A DNA stretch of 32,994 bases from a virus (Duplodnaviria; Caudoviricetes). The notes below the pieces were generated by a model. That model was not told where the DNA came from. It worked only from the letters and a program-made list of their open reading frames with translations, and searched no databases. The stretch covers positions 1-32,994 of IMG/VR virus record IMGVR_UViG_3300020045_005549, one strand, 5' to 3'. Positions 7,026 to 15,572 of this stretch are shown one piece after another (position 1 is the first letter of the stretch; every line of letters starts with the position of its first letter). The translations under genes and the position numbers were made by a program.

Positions 7026-8068
7026 TATTCGCTTTCAGGTATCACGTAGGTTGACGTACATCTGCAGTTATAGTCAGTGCCGGGCAGCAGCCACTTGCCA
7101 TCAACAGAGCTGTAAAGCCCTTTGTCTAGATCAAATGTCTTGCCGTCCCTAACCTCGTGGCTATGCCTCACCCTTTCGTCACCAGCAGTAACCCAAACAG
7201 CCTGAGTTATCCCCAAGTTCTGAGCCCTGATTTTAGTGCTGACAGAGTTGTAATTGTTGATTTGGTTTCGGGCTGTGAAGCGTGCATGTCCTTTTCGTTT
7301 TTCGACCAGTCCATCATATTGATCAAGAATGCCGTCAAGACCATTCCCCAATGACATAGCCCTAAGCGTATTGGCCGTGTATTCGTCTAAAGTCTCATCA
7401 CGTAGCTTCTTCACCCATTCGGCGGTCTGGAGCTTCAGCGCGTTGGTGGTAGCTTTCATGCCCTCAGTTGCCGAAAGCTCTTTGCTGCTGATTCCGATAG
7501 CACTTTCTATCCGGCTGTAGAATTGGTCACGGCTTCTAACGTCGACCTTATCCAGAATGCCTGAAACCATTTCTTCAAGCCGTTTATCGTCAAACTGGCG
7601 CATTATCATACGGGTAACTTTACCGGCCAGCTTTAGGAATATGGCGGCATAGTTGCCTAGCTGCGCGTCCTTGAATCGATAGCCTGATAAAGCATCTTTA
7701 ATCTTTATGCGGCCAAGGCTGTAGGTGTAGGTTGTGTGCGGTTTTTTTAATTCATGCTTAACAACCTTTGCAGATTCTGCACTGTCACCATCTGAAAGCT
7801 CGTTGCCATATTCGTCATAATGCCGATATTCAACATGGTCAGTAAAGTGAACGTGCGGCGTAGCATGCACCAGCTCGACATAATCATCAGCATCAGCAAA
7901 CTTCTCAACCGTAGCAGCCTGGATGCCATTGATGGCAGTATTGCGAAAGCGCTTGCTTATCTGGTCAATCATGAATTCCATGACGTCAGACAGTTCGCGC
8001 TCTTGCGTTTTGGTCGCGGCTCCTGATTTTATTTCAATCGGCTTTGATGCTGTAAGTTCACGCTTCAT
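7025..8068 (-). CDS. minor head/head morphogenesis protein (SPP1 gp7/Mu gpF family)
   Basis: ARFTARNQ, WVTAGDERVRHSH..RDGKTF and PGTDYNCRC motifs. Confidence 0.9.
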   Translation of the reverse strand: MKRELTASKPIEIKSGAATKTQERELSDVMEFMIDQISKRFRNTAINGIQAATVEKFADADDYVELVHATPHVHFTDHVEYRHYDEYGNELSDGDSAESAKVVKHELKKPHTTYTYSLGRIKIKDALSGYRFKDAQLGNYAAIFLKLAGKVTRMIMRQFDDKRLEEMVSGILDKVDVRSRDQFYSRIESAIGISSKELSATEGMKATTNALKLQTAEWVKKLRDETLDEYTANTLRAMSLGNGLDGILDQYDGLVEKRKGHARFTARNQINNYNSVSTKIRAQNLGITQAVWVTAGDERVRHSHEVRDGKTFDLDKGLYSSVDGKWLLPGTDYNCRCTSTYVIPESE

Positions 8069-9257
8069 CGTCCGTTACCTCAGGGAACCAGGTTGACATT
8101 GGATCCGGCTTTATTACGTCCTTTTCGTCCAGGTACTTGCCGTAGTCTTCGCCAAGCGTTGCCAGCTTCACTGCGTTATCAATGGCTTTTGTTTCGTAGT
8201 CCATACGCTCATTGGCAGTGCCGCCCTGGTTGTCTTTAAACTTCACATCGTCAAGCCCCATGACTTTGCAGAACTCTTTTAAAGGCTTAACAATGTAATT
8301 ACTCTGCAGGCTTTCAATGGTGTCCTGAGTAACAGCTCTGCCGCCTGAGCCGTCAGCGTTTAATCCACTAGGGCTTTCACCAGCAAGGGCGATTAAGTGA
8401 ATACCTGTAACAAGTGAAATCCGGCTAAGGCTCATCATGTTTACTTCTGGCAAATTAGTCAGGGCTTGCGACACTTCGATCACATCGTCTTCAGCATCTA
8501 TGATGCCATCACCGTAAATGCCGCGAATGTCGGCCAGTGAAGAAACGTACTTCACTATCTGCTCATCGTTACCCATCTGCATGGCATCTTTGAAGCCTTT
8601 GACCTTATGAAATAGGGTTGAGTTAATTTCAACTATACGGCCGCCAGCTCGCTGAATAATGCCGTCATTGATTAGCTGCTCACGGATAAGCTCAAACTCT
8701 GATACACCGCCGTATTGATATTGAGGAAGGTTGAGCTCTGGCGGCTTCACGTATTTAAAATCAGTAACCCGGCTATGGTGGATCTGGTAGCCGCGCACAG
8801 AGTAGAACTTTGGCTTATTGTACCGCGGGCTTCTCAGGTCAATATCTGGAGTCGGGCAGAAAACCATGTCACCGCTGAACACTTCAATTTTGGTACCGGG
8901 CAGTGACCAATCAATCTCAGCACTAAGCGGATCCTCAAGCTCTTTGTTTCCTTCAATAATGACAATAATTCCCCGACCAAAGCCCAGCATGTAGCCCACG
9001 GCCTCTTTCACGTAGTCGGCTAAGTGTTCATCATACTTTTCCTTTTGCGCGTCATTCTTAAACTGAATGGTATCGTTTAGAGCCTGACTGCCTTTTAGCC
9101 CTATAATCCGCTGACCCATGCCAGTGCGGAAGAAGCTGCGCATTTCGCTGTCGCTCATCTTCTCAGCTTCTTGCACGTTCTGCGCTGCCGGGTTTCTTCG
9201 GTTAGCCAGCTGGTTGACTATATTAGCCAAACCGTCCCTGAATCGTTTAAAGTTCAT
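8058..9257 (-). CDS. portal protein (DUF1073-type)
   Basis: Follows terL; IHHSRV, TGIHLIALAGESPSGLNADG and IESLQ motifs. Confidence 0.85.
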   Translation of the reverse strand: MNFKRFRDGLANIVNQLANRRNPAAQNVQEAEKMSDSEMRSFFRTGMGQRIIGLKGSQALNDTIQFKNDAQKEKYDEHLADYVKEAVGYMLGFGRGIIVIIEGNKELEDPLSAEIDWSLPGTKIEVFSGDMVFCPTPDIDLRSPRYNKPKFYSVRGYQIHHSRVTDFKYVKPPELNLPQYQYGGVSEFELIREQLINDGIIQRAGGRIVEINSTLFHKVKGFKDAMQMGNDEQIVKYVSSLADIRGIYGDGIIDAEDDVIEVSQALTNLPEVNMMSLSRISLVTGIHLIALAGESPSGLNADGSGGRAVTQDTIESLQSNYIVKPLKEFCKVMGLDDVKFKDNQGGTANERMDYETKAIDNAVKLATLGEDYGKYLDEKDVIKPDPMSTWFPEVTDDEA

Positions 9258-10903
9258 AGTAAAGCCCCGTAGTTTCTGACGCTGCTGCTGTCAAGCATAT
9301 CGTCTATGGCGTCCATCAAAGTATCGTATTGATCATCATAGCCGCTTTCTGAGTCCATGAGAATGCCGACTGTTAACGCATCACACTCAGCAAGGAATGG
9401 TAAAACCCAATCAGTGGGCGCTGCGGGTGTGCCGCACTCCCATTTTGACTGTGCAATTCGGTTGCCTTCTTCGTCGTATGTTTCCGGTATCATCACCTTT
9501 CGCATAGTGATTTTTGGCTCACAGTTGCAGTGCCGGACGTATTTATTTTGACCCTGACCGCGCTGCACTGGTTGAACTGGTATGTTGTTTTCTTTCTGTA
9601 AGTCGGCAATTAAACCTTGCCCGGCCTGCTTATCTTCGACCTTCATGTAACGCAATGTGACTTTGCGGTCAGGTGGCGACATTGAGCGCCAGCGGTTCCA
9701 GCACTCTTTTGCTTCACGTAACAGCTCTGTTGGTGTCCACTTGCCGCGCTTTATTTCTATGATGTAAAGCTTTCCATCAACGCCAAGGCCGCACAGGGTA
9801 AAGACTGTAAAGTCGTTACGGTCTGTTACCTTGCCTGAATTTGTATCGACATAAACCGCCATCCAGACAAGCTGTGGTAACGCTGAGTAGCGGCCAAAGC
9901 TGTCTGTGTTGACCAGGTTGCCGGATAGCTTGATTGGCGCCTGTTGGTACTGGCTCGCATAAGTGTAGGGATCTCTTTCCCTAAGCTCTAAAAGCTGATC
10001 TATGTGTTCCATTTCTGGCCAGTAAGACCAACACTCAACGCCTCCAATAATTCGGCTATCGCTTCCCCATATTGATTTCCAGCACTCAGCCTGAATTGGC
10101 CCTGGCAAACTGTTTATGTACTGTTCATCAATAAGCGCAGGAACTTTTATTTCCTTAAATGCAACGCCCATCCCGCCGCGCAAGCAAAACCCAACGGTGT
10201 CATCTATGTGCAATCGCTGCTGTATGACAAAAAAAGGTGTTGGATGATCCTTTGATTTATCACCCCTTCTTGACCTTATTGTGTTTACAAGCTTTCTGTG
10301 GTGCGCCTCTCTTTTAGCCTGGGAAAAGCAATCCTCCGGCTTCAAGGCATCATCCAATATAACAGCCCCACTAAATTCATCACCAAAAAAACCTCCCCTA
10401 CCGCCAGTTATCTGACCACCCATAGCGCGGCTGACAGTCTGCCCAACAACCTTTCCAAATTTATTTACAATGTCCCATTCTTCAGCTTGATTGACGCCAA
10501 AGGCGCACGGCCAAAGCTCTTGAAATTCTCGACTGGCTATTATGTCTCTTGTTCTCCGGCTGTTTCTTTTAACTAAACTATCAGCATAGGATATATTTAA
10601 ATTCCTAAAACGCCTTAGCTTCTGAGTCTGAACCAGCATATTCGTATAAGCAGGAAGGTGAATTGATATGGTTTCAGTTTTGGTTCCTCCAGGAGGTAAG
10701 CTGATCGCCAAATTAGTTGAATGCCTGCCACCAACAACAACTTGATCTATTTCATGAGCAATCATCTTGTGGTGCCAATTAACAATAAATCTATCGCCCT
10801 GCAGTATTTCAAACCATATACGGGTGAAGTTTAAAAAAGACCTTTCAGAAGCTACTTTAATTGCCAGCCTTTCTACAAAAGTCATGTCTCCCCATTCTTT
10901 CAT
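9254..10903 (-). CDS. terL: terminase large subunit
   Basis: Walker A ISLPPGGTKT, Walker B VILDDALKP, QQRLHxDD, QYQQAP, nuclease VDT/EDK/DDQYD. Confidence 0.95.
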   Translation of the reverse strand: MKEWGDMTFVERLAIKVASERSFLNFTRIWFEILQGDRFIVNWHHKMIAHEIDQVVVGGRHSTNLAISLPPGGTKTETISIHLPAYTNMLVQTQKLRRFRNLNISYADSLVKRNSRRTRDIIASREFQELWPCAFGVNQAEEWDIVNKFGKVVGQTVSRAMGGQITGGRGGFFGDEFSGAVILDDALKPEDCFSQAKREAHHRKLVNTIRSRRGDKSKDHPTPFFVIQQRLHIDDTVGFCLRGGMGVAFKEIKVPALIDEQYINSLPGPIQAECWKSIWGSDSRIIGGVECWSYWPEMEHIDQLLELRERDPYTYASQYQQAPIKLSGNLVNTDSFGRYSALPQLVWMAVYVDTNSGKVTDRNDFTVFTLCGLGVDGKLYIIEIKRGKWTPTELLREAKECWNRWRSMSPPDRKVTLRYMKVEDKQAGQGLIADLQKENNIPVQPVQRGQGQNKYVRHCNCEPKITMRKVMIPETYDEEGNRIAQSKWECGTPAAPTDWVLPFLAECDALTVGILMDSESGYDDQYDTLMDAIDDMLDSSSVRNYGALL

Positions 10904-11463
10904 AAATCACCTGGCATATCTGGCCAAAAAACATTAAGTTTTTTTGCGTTTTCAGATCTGTTAAGCAACTGCAGGTTTTCCCATGTATGCAATCCGCAAA
11001 CAATCTCACTGGTTATCGGCACCACATGATCAACCTCAAATCCATACTTTGAAGCCATAGCATAAACCTTACTGACGGCACCCTTGTCAAACCATAGCGG
11101 TATTGCTTTTTTCTTCTTCGCCCTACGCTCTGCGCATTTTTGATAATAGTAATCCTTATTTTCTATGCGTCTTTTTCTGGATCTTTCCCGGCCCTTCTCT
11201 ATGTTTTTTTGTGCATACTTTTTTTTGTTTAAACTGACTGAGGCGTGATTTTCCTTTTGATACTTTACTAAGTATTCTCTCATGTAGGATTTTCTTTGCT
11301 CTGAATCTCTGGTGTATCTGCTGTTTAGAATTGAGCTGCAAGAAATGCAAGTTCCGGTTGATGTTCTTCTTTTGTCGATATGGCCCCGAACGCACTTTTT
11401 ACCTGTAAAGTAAAACATATCGCCTACAGACTTAGCCTCTTTTCTGGATGATTTAAAGCTCAT
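10900..11463 (-). CDS. HNH homing endonuclease
   Basis: EVDHVVP...VCGLHTWENLQLL...N..K.N; N-terminal FTGKKCVRGH...CISC; AT-rich insertion between terS and terL. Confidence 0.9.
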   Translation of the reverse strand: MSFKSSRKEAKSVGDMFYFTGKKCVRGHIDKRRTSTGTCISCSSILNSRYTRDSEQRKSYMREYLVKYQKENHASVSLNKKKYAQKNIEKGRERSRKRRIENKDYYYQKCAERRAKKKKAIPLWFDKGAVSKVYAMASKYGFEVDHVVPITSEIVCGLHTWENLQLLNRSENAKKLNVFWPDMPGDL

Positions 11464-11492
11464 TATAACCTCGCATAGTTAATCGCTTGAAG

Positions 11493-11544
11493 TTTGCGGC
11501 AGGGGCAGCGAATACCCTTTTCGAATGGCCGTTCTAGCCGCAAA
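11493..11544 (-). ncRNA. C4-antisense-like cloverleaf leader RNA
   Basis: Closing stem UUUGCGGC(U)AG/CUGCCGCAAA, GAAAA junction and hairpin GGGUA-UUCGC-UGCCC. The loop complements downstream AGCGA and GCGAG. Confidence 0.6.
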
Positions 11545-11547
11545 TAA

Positions 11548-11556
11548 ATTATAGCA
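11548..11556 (-). promoter_or_regulatory. extended -10 promoter for the leader RNA and HNH gene
   Basis: TGC-TATAAT immediately upstream of the cloverleaf. Confidence 0.65.
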
Positions 11557-11558
11557 CT

Positions 11559-12164
11559 TTAGTCAAGCCCTTTCAGCTCCCCCGATAGCTTTGCTTGCGC
11601 CCTGACGTATTCGTCAGCGGTGAAATTCTTTGATGGCGTCATGCTGCCGTCTGAGCTGGTGTGGTCAACTTTTTCAGAGAATGCGCCGACTGATGTTAGT
11701 TTTCCTAGCAGCTCCAAGTTCCGCACTTTGTCAGGCCACTTAATCTTTTTCAGCACAGCAACAACCTGACTGTCATCACCAGAATTTTGCATTACCTCTG
11801 ATACTTCGATTGCAGACAGATACTGACGCCAAATCTTCGGCCACTCACGAATTGGCTTGATTGAACCATCATCATTGTGAATGTCTAAAACGTCCATCTG
11901 GTCAATTTCATAAAGGCGATTACGGACATAAGCCGCATCAACAACGCATTTTTCCTCAACCTTTGCTTGCAGCTCTGTCACTCTCGCCTTGATCTCCCCG
12001 TTCTCAAACAGCTCATAGGCTTTGTTGTTCAGGGTTTTATCAGACATTGACTTTGTGTTGTACGCCCTGCGGTAAGCCTCGCTTTTATCTATCGGCTTAC
12101 CATCGGCATCAACACCTGTGGCGTATTCCAGTGCGGCCTTTTCCTGCTTAGGCGTTAGCGCCAT
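11559..12164 (-). CDS. terS: terminase small subunit
   Basis: LTPKQEK, AYRRAY, IKARV.EL, KIKWPDKVRNLELLGK, VDHTSSDGSMTP. Confidence 0.92.
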   Translation of the reverse strand: MALTPKQEKAALEYATGVDADGKPIDKSEAYRRAYNTKSMSDKTLNNKAYELFENGEIKARVTELQAKVEEKCVVDAAYVRNRLYEIDQMDVLDIHNDDGSIKPIREWPKIWRQYLSAIEVSEVMQNSGDDSQVVAVLKKIKWPDKVRNLELLGKLTSVGAFSEKVDHTSSDGSMTPSKNFTADEYVRAQAKLSGELKGLD

Positions 12165-12724
12165 CACTCCCCCTTAGCTATGGATGCGGCGTATTGCTCA
12201 ATAAGGTCGGCACTGATAACAACTCCGCGACTTGTGCCGTGCCCAATGTTGGACGCCAAAAGCCCTCGAACAGCATCTGCCTTGATTTGGTTTAGGTGTT
12301 GGGTTGCATTTGGAATTCCTTTCTGATGTTCTTTCAGTTCATCGTTAATCCAGCAGATATCTTCACCTTCTGCATACCAGTTATTTACAGCGCCTGTTTC
12401 GGCAATATCTAATGCTTTGCCAAGCTTGTTATGTAAAGCTTCAACCTGCGCCACCAACTCAGCCTTTTCGCGCTCAAGCCGTTTAAAGTCTTTACTCAGC
12501 GCCACTGATTCACAAAACTTAGCGCAAGGGCTTTGACCTGTACCGCCTGATTGTTTCACTGCGACAAGCTGCCCCGCAATCCTGCGCACTTCATCAGCCG
12601 TCGATTCTTCTGGATTAACGTTAATCGCTTCACGAACTTCTCGAAGCTCTTGCCATGCGTTATCGCGCTGAGCCGTTAACTCTGCTATCAGATCGCGCTG
12701 TTGATTTATTAAATCAGTTGTCAT
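12164..12724 (-). CDS. hypothetical coiled-coil protein
   Basis: ATG 12724 with GGAG RBS; ATGA coupling to terS. Confidence 0.7.
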   Translation of the reverse strand: MTTDLINQQRDLIAELTAQRDNAWQELREVREAINVNPEESTADEVRRIAGQLVAVKQSGGTGQSPCAKFCESVALSKDFKRLEREKAELVAQVEALHNKLGKALDIAETGAVNNWYAEGEDICWINDELKEHQKGIPNATQHLNQIKADAVRGLLASNIGHGTSRGVVISADLIEQYAASIAKGE

Positions 12725-13130
12725 TTTGCAAACTCCAAATTGTAACATTGACCAATCCGCCTTTTTTGACTTCGCCACGGCGGACGATTAACAAATCTAT
12801 CTGACTGTCGTCCTCAAATAGCCCTGCTTTCTGTAAAGCATCTTGGAGGCTTTTTAGGCGGTTATCCAAGTCCGACTTTCGCTTATCACCAAAACACAAC
12901 TCCAATTCTAACCCAATTCGCCCTGTCACGTATTTGACGCGCTGAACTAACAGCGCATCTTTCACGGCTTTGCGGTAGGCTCGACCATCTTCAGAGATAA
13001 CCACCTTGCCACGGCCTAGGCTGCGGTAATAGCTGTTGATGCTTGGTGGCATGGTTAAGGTAAACTTTTGCTCTTGCTCTCTATTTGGCCAATCTTTTGG
13101 GCGTGGCGGTGCCGGAATTTCTCCCCTCAT
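12714..13130 (-). CDS. rusA: RusA Holliday junction resolvase
   Basis: PPSINSYYR, DLDNRLKSLQDAL and DDSQI motifs. Confidence 0.92.
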   Translation of the reverse strand: MRGEIPAPPRPKDWPNREQEQKFTLTMPPSINSYYRSLGRGKVVISEDGRAYRKAVKDALLVQRVKYVTGRIGLELELCFGDKRKSDLDNRLKSLQDALQKAGLFEDDSQIDLLIVRRGEVKKGGLVNVTIWSLQNDN

Positions 13131-13921
13131 TTTGATTGCTCCGGCAAACGAAATCCGGCATCAAATAAAAATCCAAAGTCGGTTAACTTATCAAAGCCAG
13201 TTGCTTTAAATGCCGCTTCCGCAGCCTCAATAAACTTGCTTTTCTCCAGTTCAGCTTTGCGCGTGGCGTGGTCTAGTGGGCGGAATTGTGGCTTTTGTTT
13301 TTCAATGTCAGTGCTGTGATAATAATTTTCTTCTCCGTCATCAAACTTTAAAATCAAATGTTCTTTTGATGAATATGCAACAATACCTTTACTCCATTTT
13401 GGCTTATCATCTTTTGGCCAATAACCATCAAACTGAACTCCAACAGGCGGCAACCGCAGCGCCTTCTGGTTTTCGTAGTCGTACCACTCACTATGCGTTA
13501 ACCCTTCTTCGCTATGCGTTAAGCTTTGTTCTTGACTTGGCGCATTCAGATAGCTTGTATCGGCTGGCTTGTAGCGTGGGTCGGTGATTTTGAATTTGGC
13601 AATCCAGCTCCAATTCCATTCGGTCATTAGATCTTCTTCGTACCAAACATCACCCATGCTGAAGCAACAAACCCTTATATCATCTGCCAAATCAGGCCGA
13701 TTGCCATTAGTTGGGTACTCTACACCCCAACGATAGCCGTTGATGAAACCTAGCTCTTTGGCTTCTTCTTCAAATTCTTGCTGGTCACATATCAACTTAT
13801 AACCAGGGTAAACCTTAGAGCTGAATATCCATAAATCATTCCACCGATAAAGCTTACTACCCTCACTCTCTCCTAACCACTTTCCGTTATGATCAATCAC
13901 TGCATCTTTAATCGTTTTCAT
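13127..13921 (-). CDS. hypothetical multi-domain protein
   Basis: AGGTGAG RBS; YPTNG..PDL and LPPVG modules seen in phage early proteins. Confidence 0.75.
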   Translation of the reverse strand: MKTIKDAVIDHNGKWLGESEGSKLYRWNDLWIFSSKVYPGYKLICDQQEFEEEAKELGFINGYRWGVEYPTNGNRPDLADDIRVCCFSMGDVWYEEDLMTEWNWSWIAKFKITDPRYKPADTSYLNAPSQEQSLTHSEEGLTHSEWYDYENQKALRLPPVGVQFDGYWPKDDKPKWSKGIVAYSSKEHLILKFDDGEENYYHSTDIEKQKPQFRPLDHATRKAELEKSKFIEAAEAAFKATGFDKLTDFGFLFDAGFRLPEQSK

Positions 13922-13924
13922 ATC

Positions 13925-14110
13925 TCACCTATGTTTATTAAGTGCCGCTCTTGTCAATTCTCGCGGCTCTGGTTTCATATCCTGCAAGCGCTGGTGCACC
14001 TGCTGCTTAGTAATAATCCCCTGCTTCATCTGCCACAGCCAGAACAGCGCCGTCTTTTCGGCTTCAATGGCCTGGCGCTCGCTGTCGGGTAGGTTGCAGA
14101 GGTTGGTCAA
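13925..14110 (-). CDS. hypothetical protein
   Basis: Tightly packed in the operon, overlapping the upstream stop. Confidence 0.6.
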   Translation of the reverse strand: MTNLCNLPDSERQAIEAEKTALFWLWQMKQGIITKQQVHQRLQDMKPEPRELTRAALNKHR

Positions 14111-14538
14111 AGTGTATTTACCTTATTGATCATTAGCCTGACAAAATCATGCGCTATCGCTCTGTCGTTATGATCTGTAGTCAAGTGCGAATGGGTCAAC
14201 TCTTGAGTTTGGAAAATATCACTTTCTTCAGCAGAAGCTAATCTTGCTTTTGCTTCAAAACCATAGATACATTCAGCCGAAAATTCCTCACTAACACCAA
14301 AAACTTCAGCTATAGCATCGTCAAGCTCAGCAGCAAAGCTATCAGCCACTAAGTAAGCCGTATCATCATTGGGCGTTCTTGCAATCGCAACATCACCGCA
14401 CATACAGCAGGCCGTGCGGCATTTGTTTTCTTCAAGAATCCACTGCCGCATATCCAAAGGGATTACTGCGGCTTCGCCAGCAGTAATAATTTCCTCAAGT
14501 AGCGCTATCGCGGCTTTCTTTGATTGGTCTTTTCTCAT
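14107..14538 (-). CDS. hypothetical protein (CCMC motif)
   Basis: First gene after the leftward promoter. Confidence 0.7.
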   Translation of the reverse strand: MRKDQSKKAAIALLEEIITAGEAAVIPLDMRQWILEENKCRTACCMCGDVAIARTPNDDTAYLVADSFAAELDDAIAEVFGVSEEFSAECIYGFEAKARLASAEESDIFQTQELTHSHLTTDHNDRAIAHDFVRLMINKVNTL

Positions 14539-14566
14539 CTTTACCCGTCCTGTTGTGAAAATCTAC

Positions 14567-14602
14567 GTTGACAGTATCGGCAATCGCTCCTACTATGTCA
14601 AC
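14567..14602. promoter_or_regulatory. two fully overlapping divergent sigma70 promoters
   Basis: Rightward TTGACA-17-TACTAT (14568-14596); leftward TTGACA-17-GATACT (14601-14573). Confidence 0.8.
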
Positions 14603-14637
14603 TGTCAGCGCAATTTAATTTACCATTAGGAGGCTAA

Positions 14638-14814
14638 ATGCTTAGCTTAGAAGAAATCAGAGATAAACTGAAAGACAGAAACCTGAAAGAAGTTAGCCGT
14701 AGAACCGGGATCGGTTATGCCAATTTAGCGGCAATTGCAAAAGGAACCCGCAGCAATCCGAGCTATGAGGTTTTGAAGCCTTTGTGTGATTACTTGGAAG
14801 GCAAAGCTAACTGA
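14638..14814 (+). CDS. small XRE/Cro-type HTH protein (58 aa)
   Basis: MLSLEEIRDKLKDRNLKEVSRRTGIGYANLAAIAKGTRSNPSYEVLKPLCDYL; AGGAGG RBS; below the ORF-track cutoff. Confidence 0.85.
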   Translation: MLSLEEIRDKLKDRNLKEVSRRTGIGYANLAAIAKGTRSNPSYEVLKPLCDYLEGKAN

Positions 14815-14827
14815 GCGGGTAATCCAT

Positions 14828-15571
14828 ATGCACTACTACACGTTCAACATTGGCGACTATATGCGCGATACGGCGCATCTGGATGATATGGAGGATTTAG
14901 CTTACAGGCGTATGCTTGATCTTTATTATCTGAAAGAAATGCCATTGCCAAAAAGCCATCAAGAAATAGCAAAACTGATAAGGATGCGGACGCATACCGA
15001 AAGCATTGCAAACGTATTGAGTGAGTTCTTTGTTCTTACTGATCATGGTTACGTCAACTCTAAAGCTGATACTACTTTAAATAAGATTTATGATAAGTCA
15101 GATAAGGCCAGAATAGCAGCTGAAAAAAGATGGAGTAAAAACAAAGACATAGAAAATGCGGACGCATTGCAAACGCATACCGAATGCAATGCGGACGGTA
15201 TGCTACCTATTAACCTATTAACCCAACAACCTATTAACCCAAATATTATTGTCGATTCCAAGGAACCGACAGCTGCAAGCAAAGAATTTATCAATGATCT
15301 TTTTGGTAAGTTTTGGCAGCACTACAAGTACAAACAGGGTAAGCAGGCGGCGTTAAAGGCATTTGCTAAGTTCATGGCAAAAAAGCCAGAAGGCATTTGC
15401 AGGTTCTGGATGAACCTAATGCTGGAGTATTACATGGACTGTCAGCAGAAGGAGGTTTTGGGTTATAGCAACCTTCACGCTGCAACGTACATCAACAACA
15501 AGCGCTGGGAAGATAACCCGGATTTTATGACGAGCTTCAAAGCCGAATGGATTGCAGAAAATGGAAAGTAG
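14828..15571 (+). CDS. replication initiator (YdaU/DUF1376 family)
   Basis: MHYYTFNIGDY..DT.HL..MEDLAYRRMLDLYY N-terminus; FW..Y..K.GK..A and HAATYINNKRWED C-terminus. Confidence 0.88.
   Translation: MHYYTFNIGDYMRDTAHLDDMEDLAYRRMLDLYYLKEMPLPKSHQEIAKLIRMRTHTESIANVLSEFFVLTDHGYVNSKADTTLNKIYDKSDKARIAAEKRWSKNKDIENADALQTHTECNADGMLPINLLTQQPINPNIIVDSKEPTAASKEFINDLFGKFWQHYKYKQGKQAALKAFAKFMAKKPEGICRFWMNLMLEYYMDCQQKEVLGYSNLHAATYINNKRWEDNPDFMTSFKAEWIAENGK
14984..15250. repeat. iteron arrays and AT-rich repeats, putative replication origin
   Basis: 11-bp units at 14984-15016 and 15156-15199, then ACCTATTAACC three times (15205-15239). Confidence 0.65.
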
Positions 15572-15572
15572 A

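Noticed and set aside
13491-13522. Direct repeat CTATGCGTTAA with 21-bp period
   Set aside because: Two copies only, an in-frame linker duplication (LTHSE twice).
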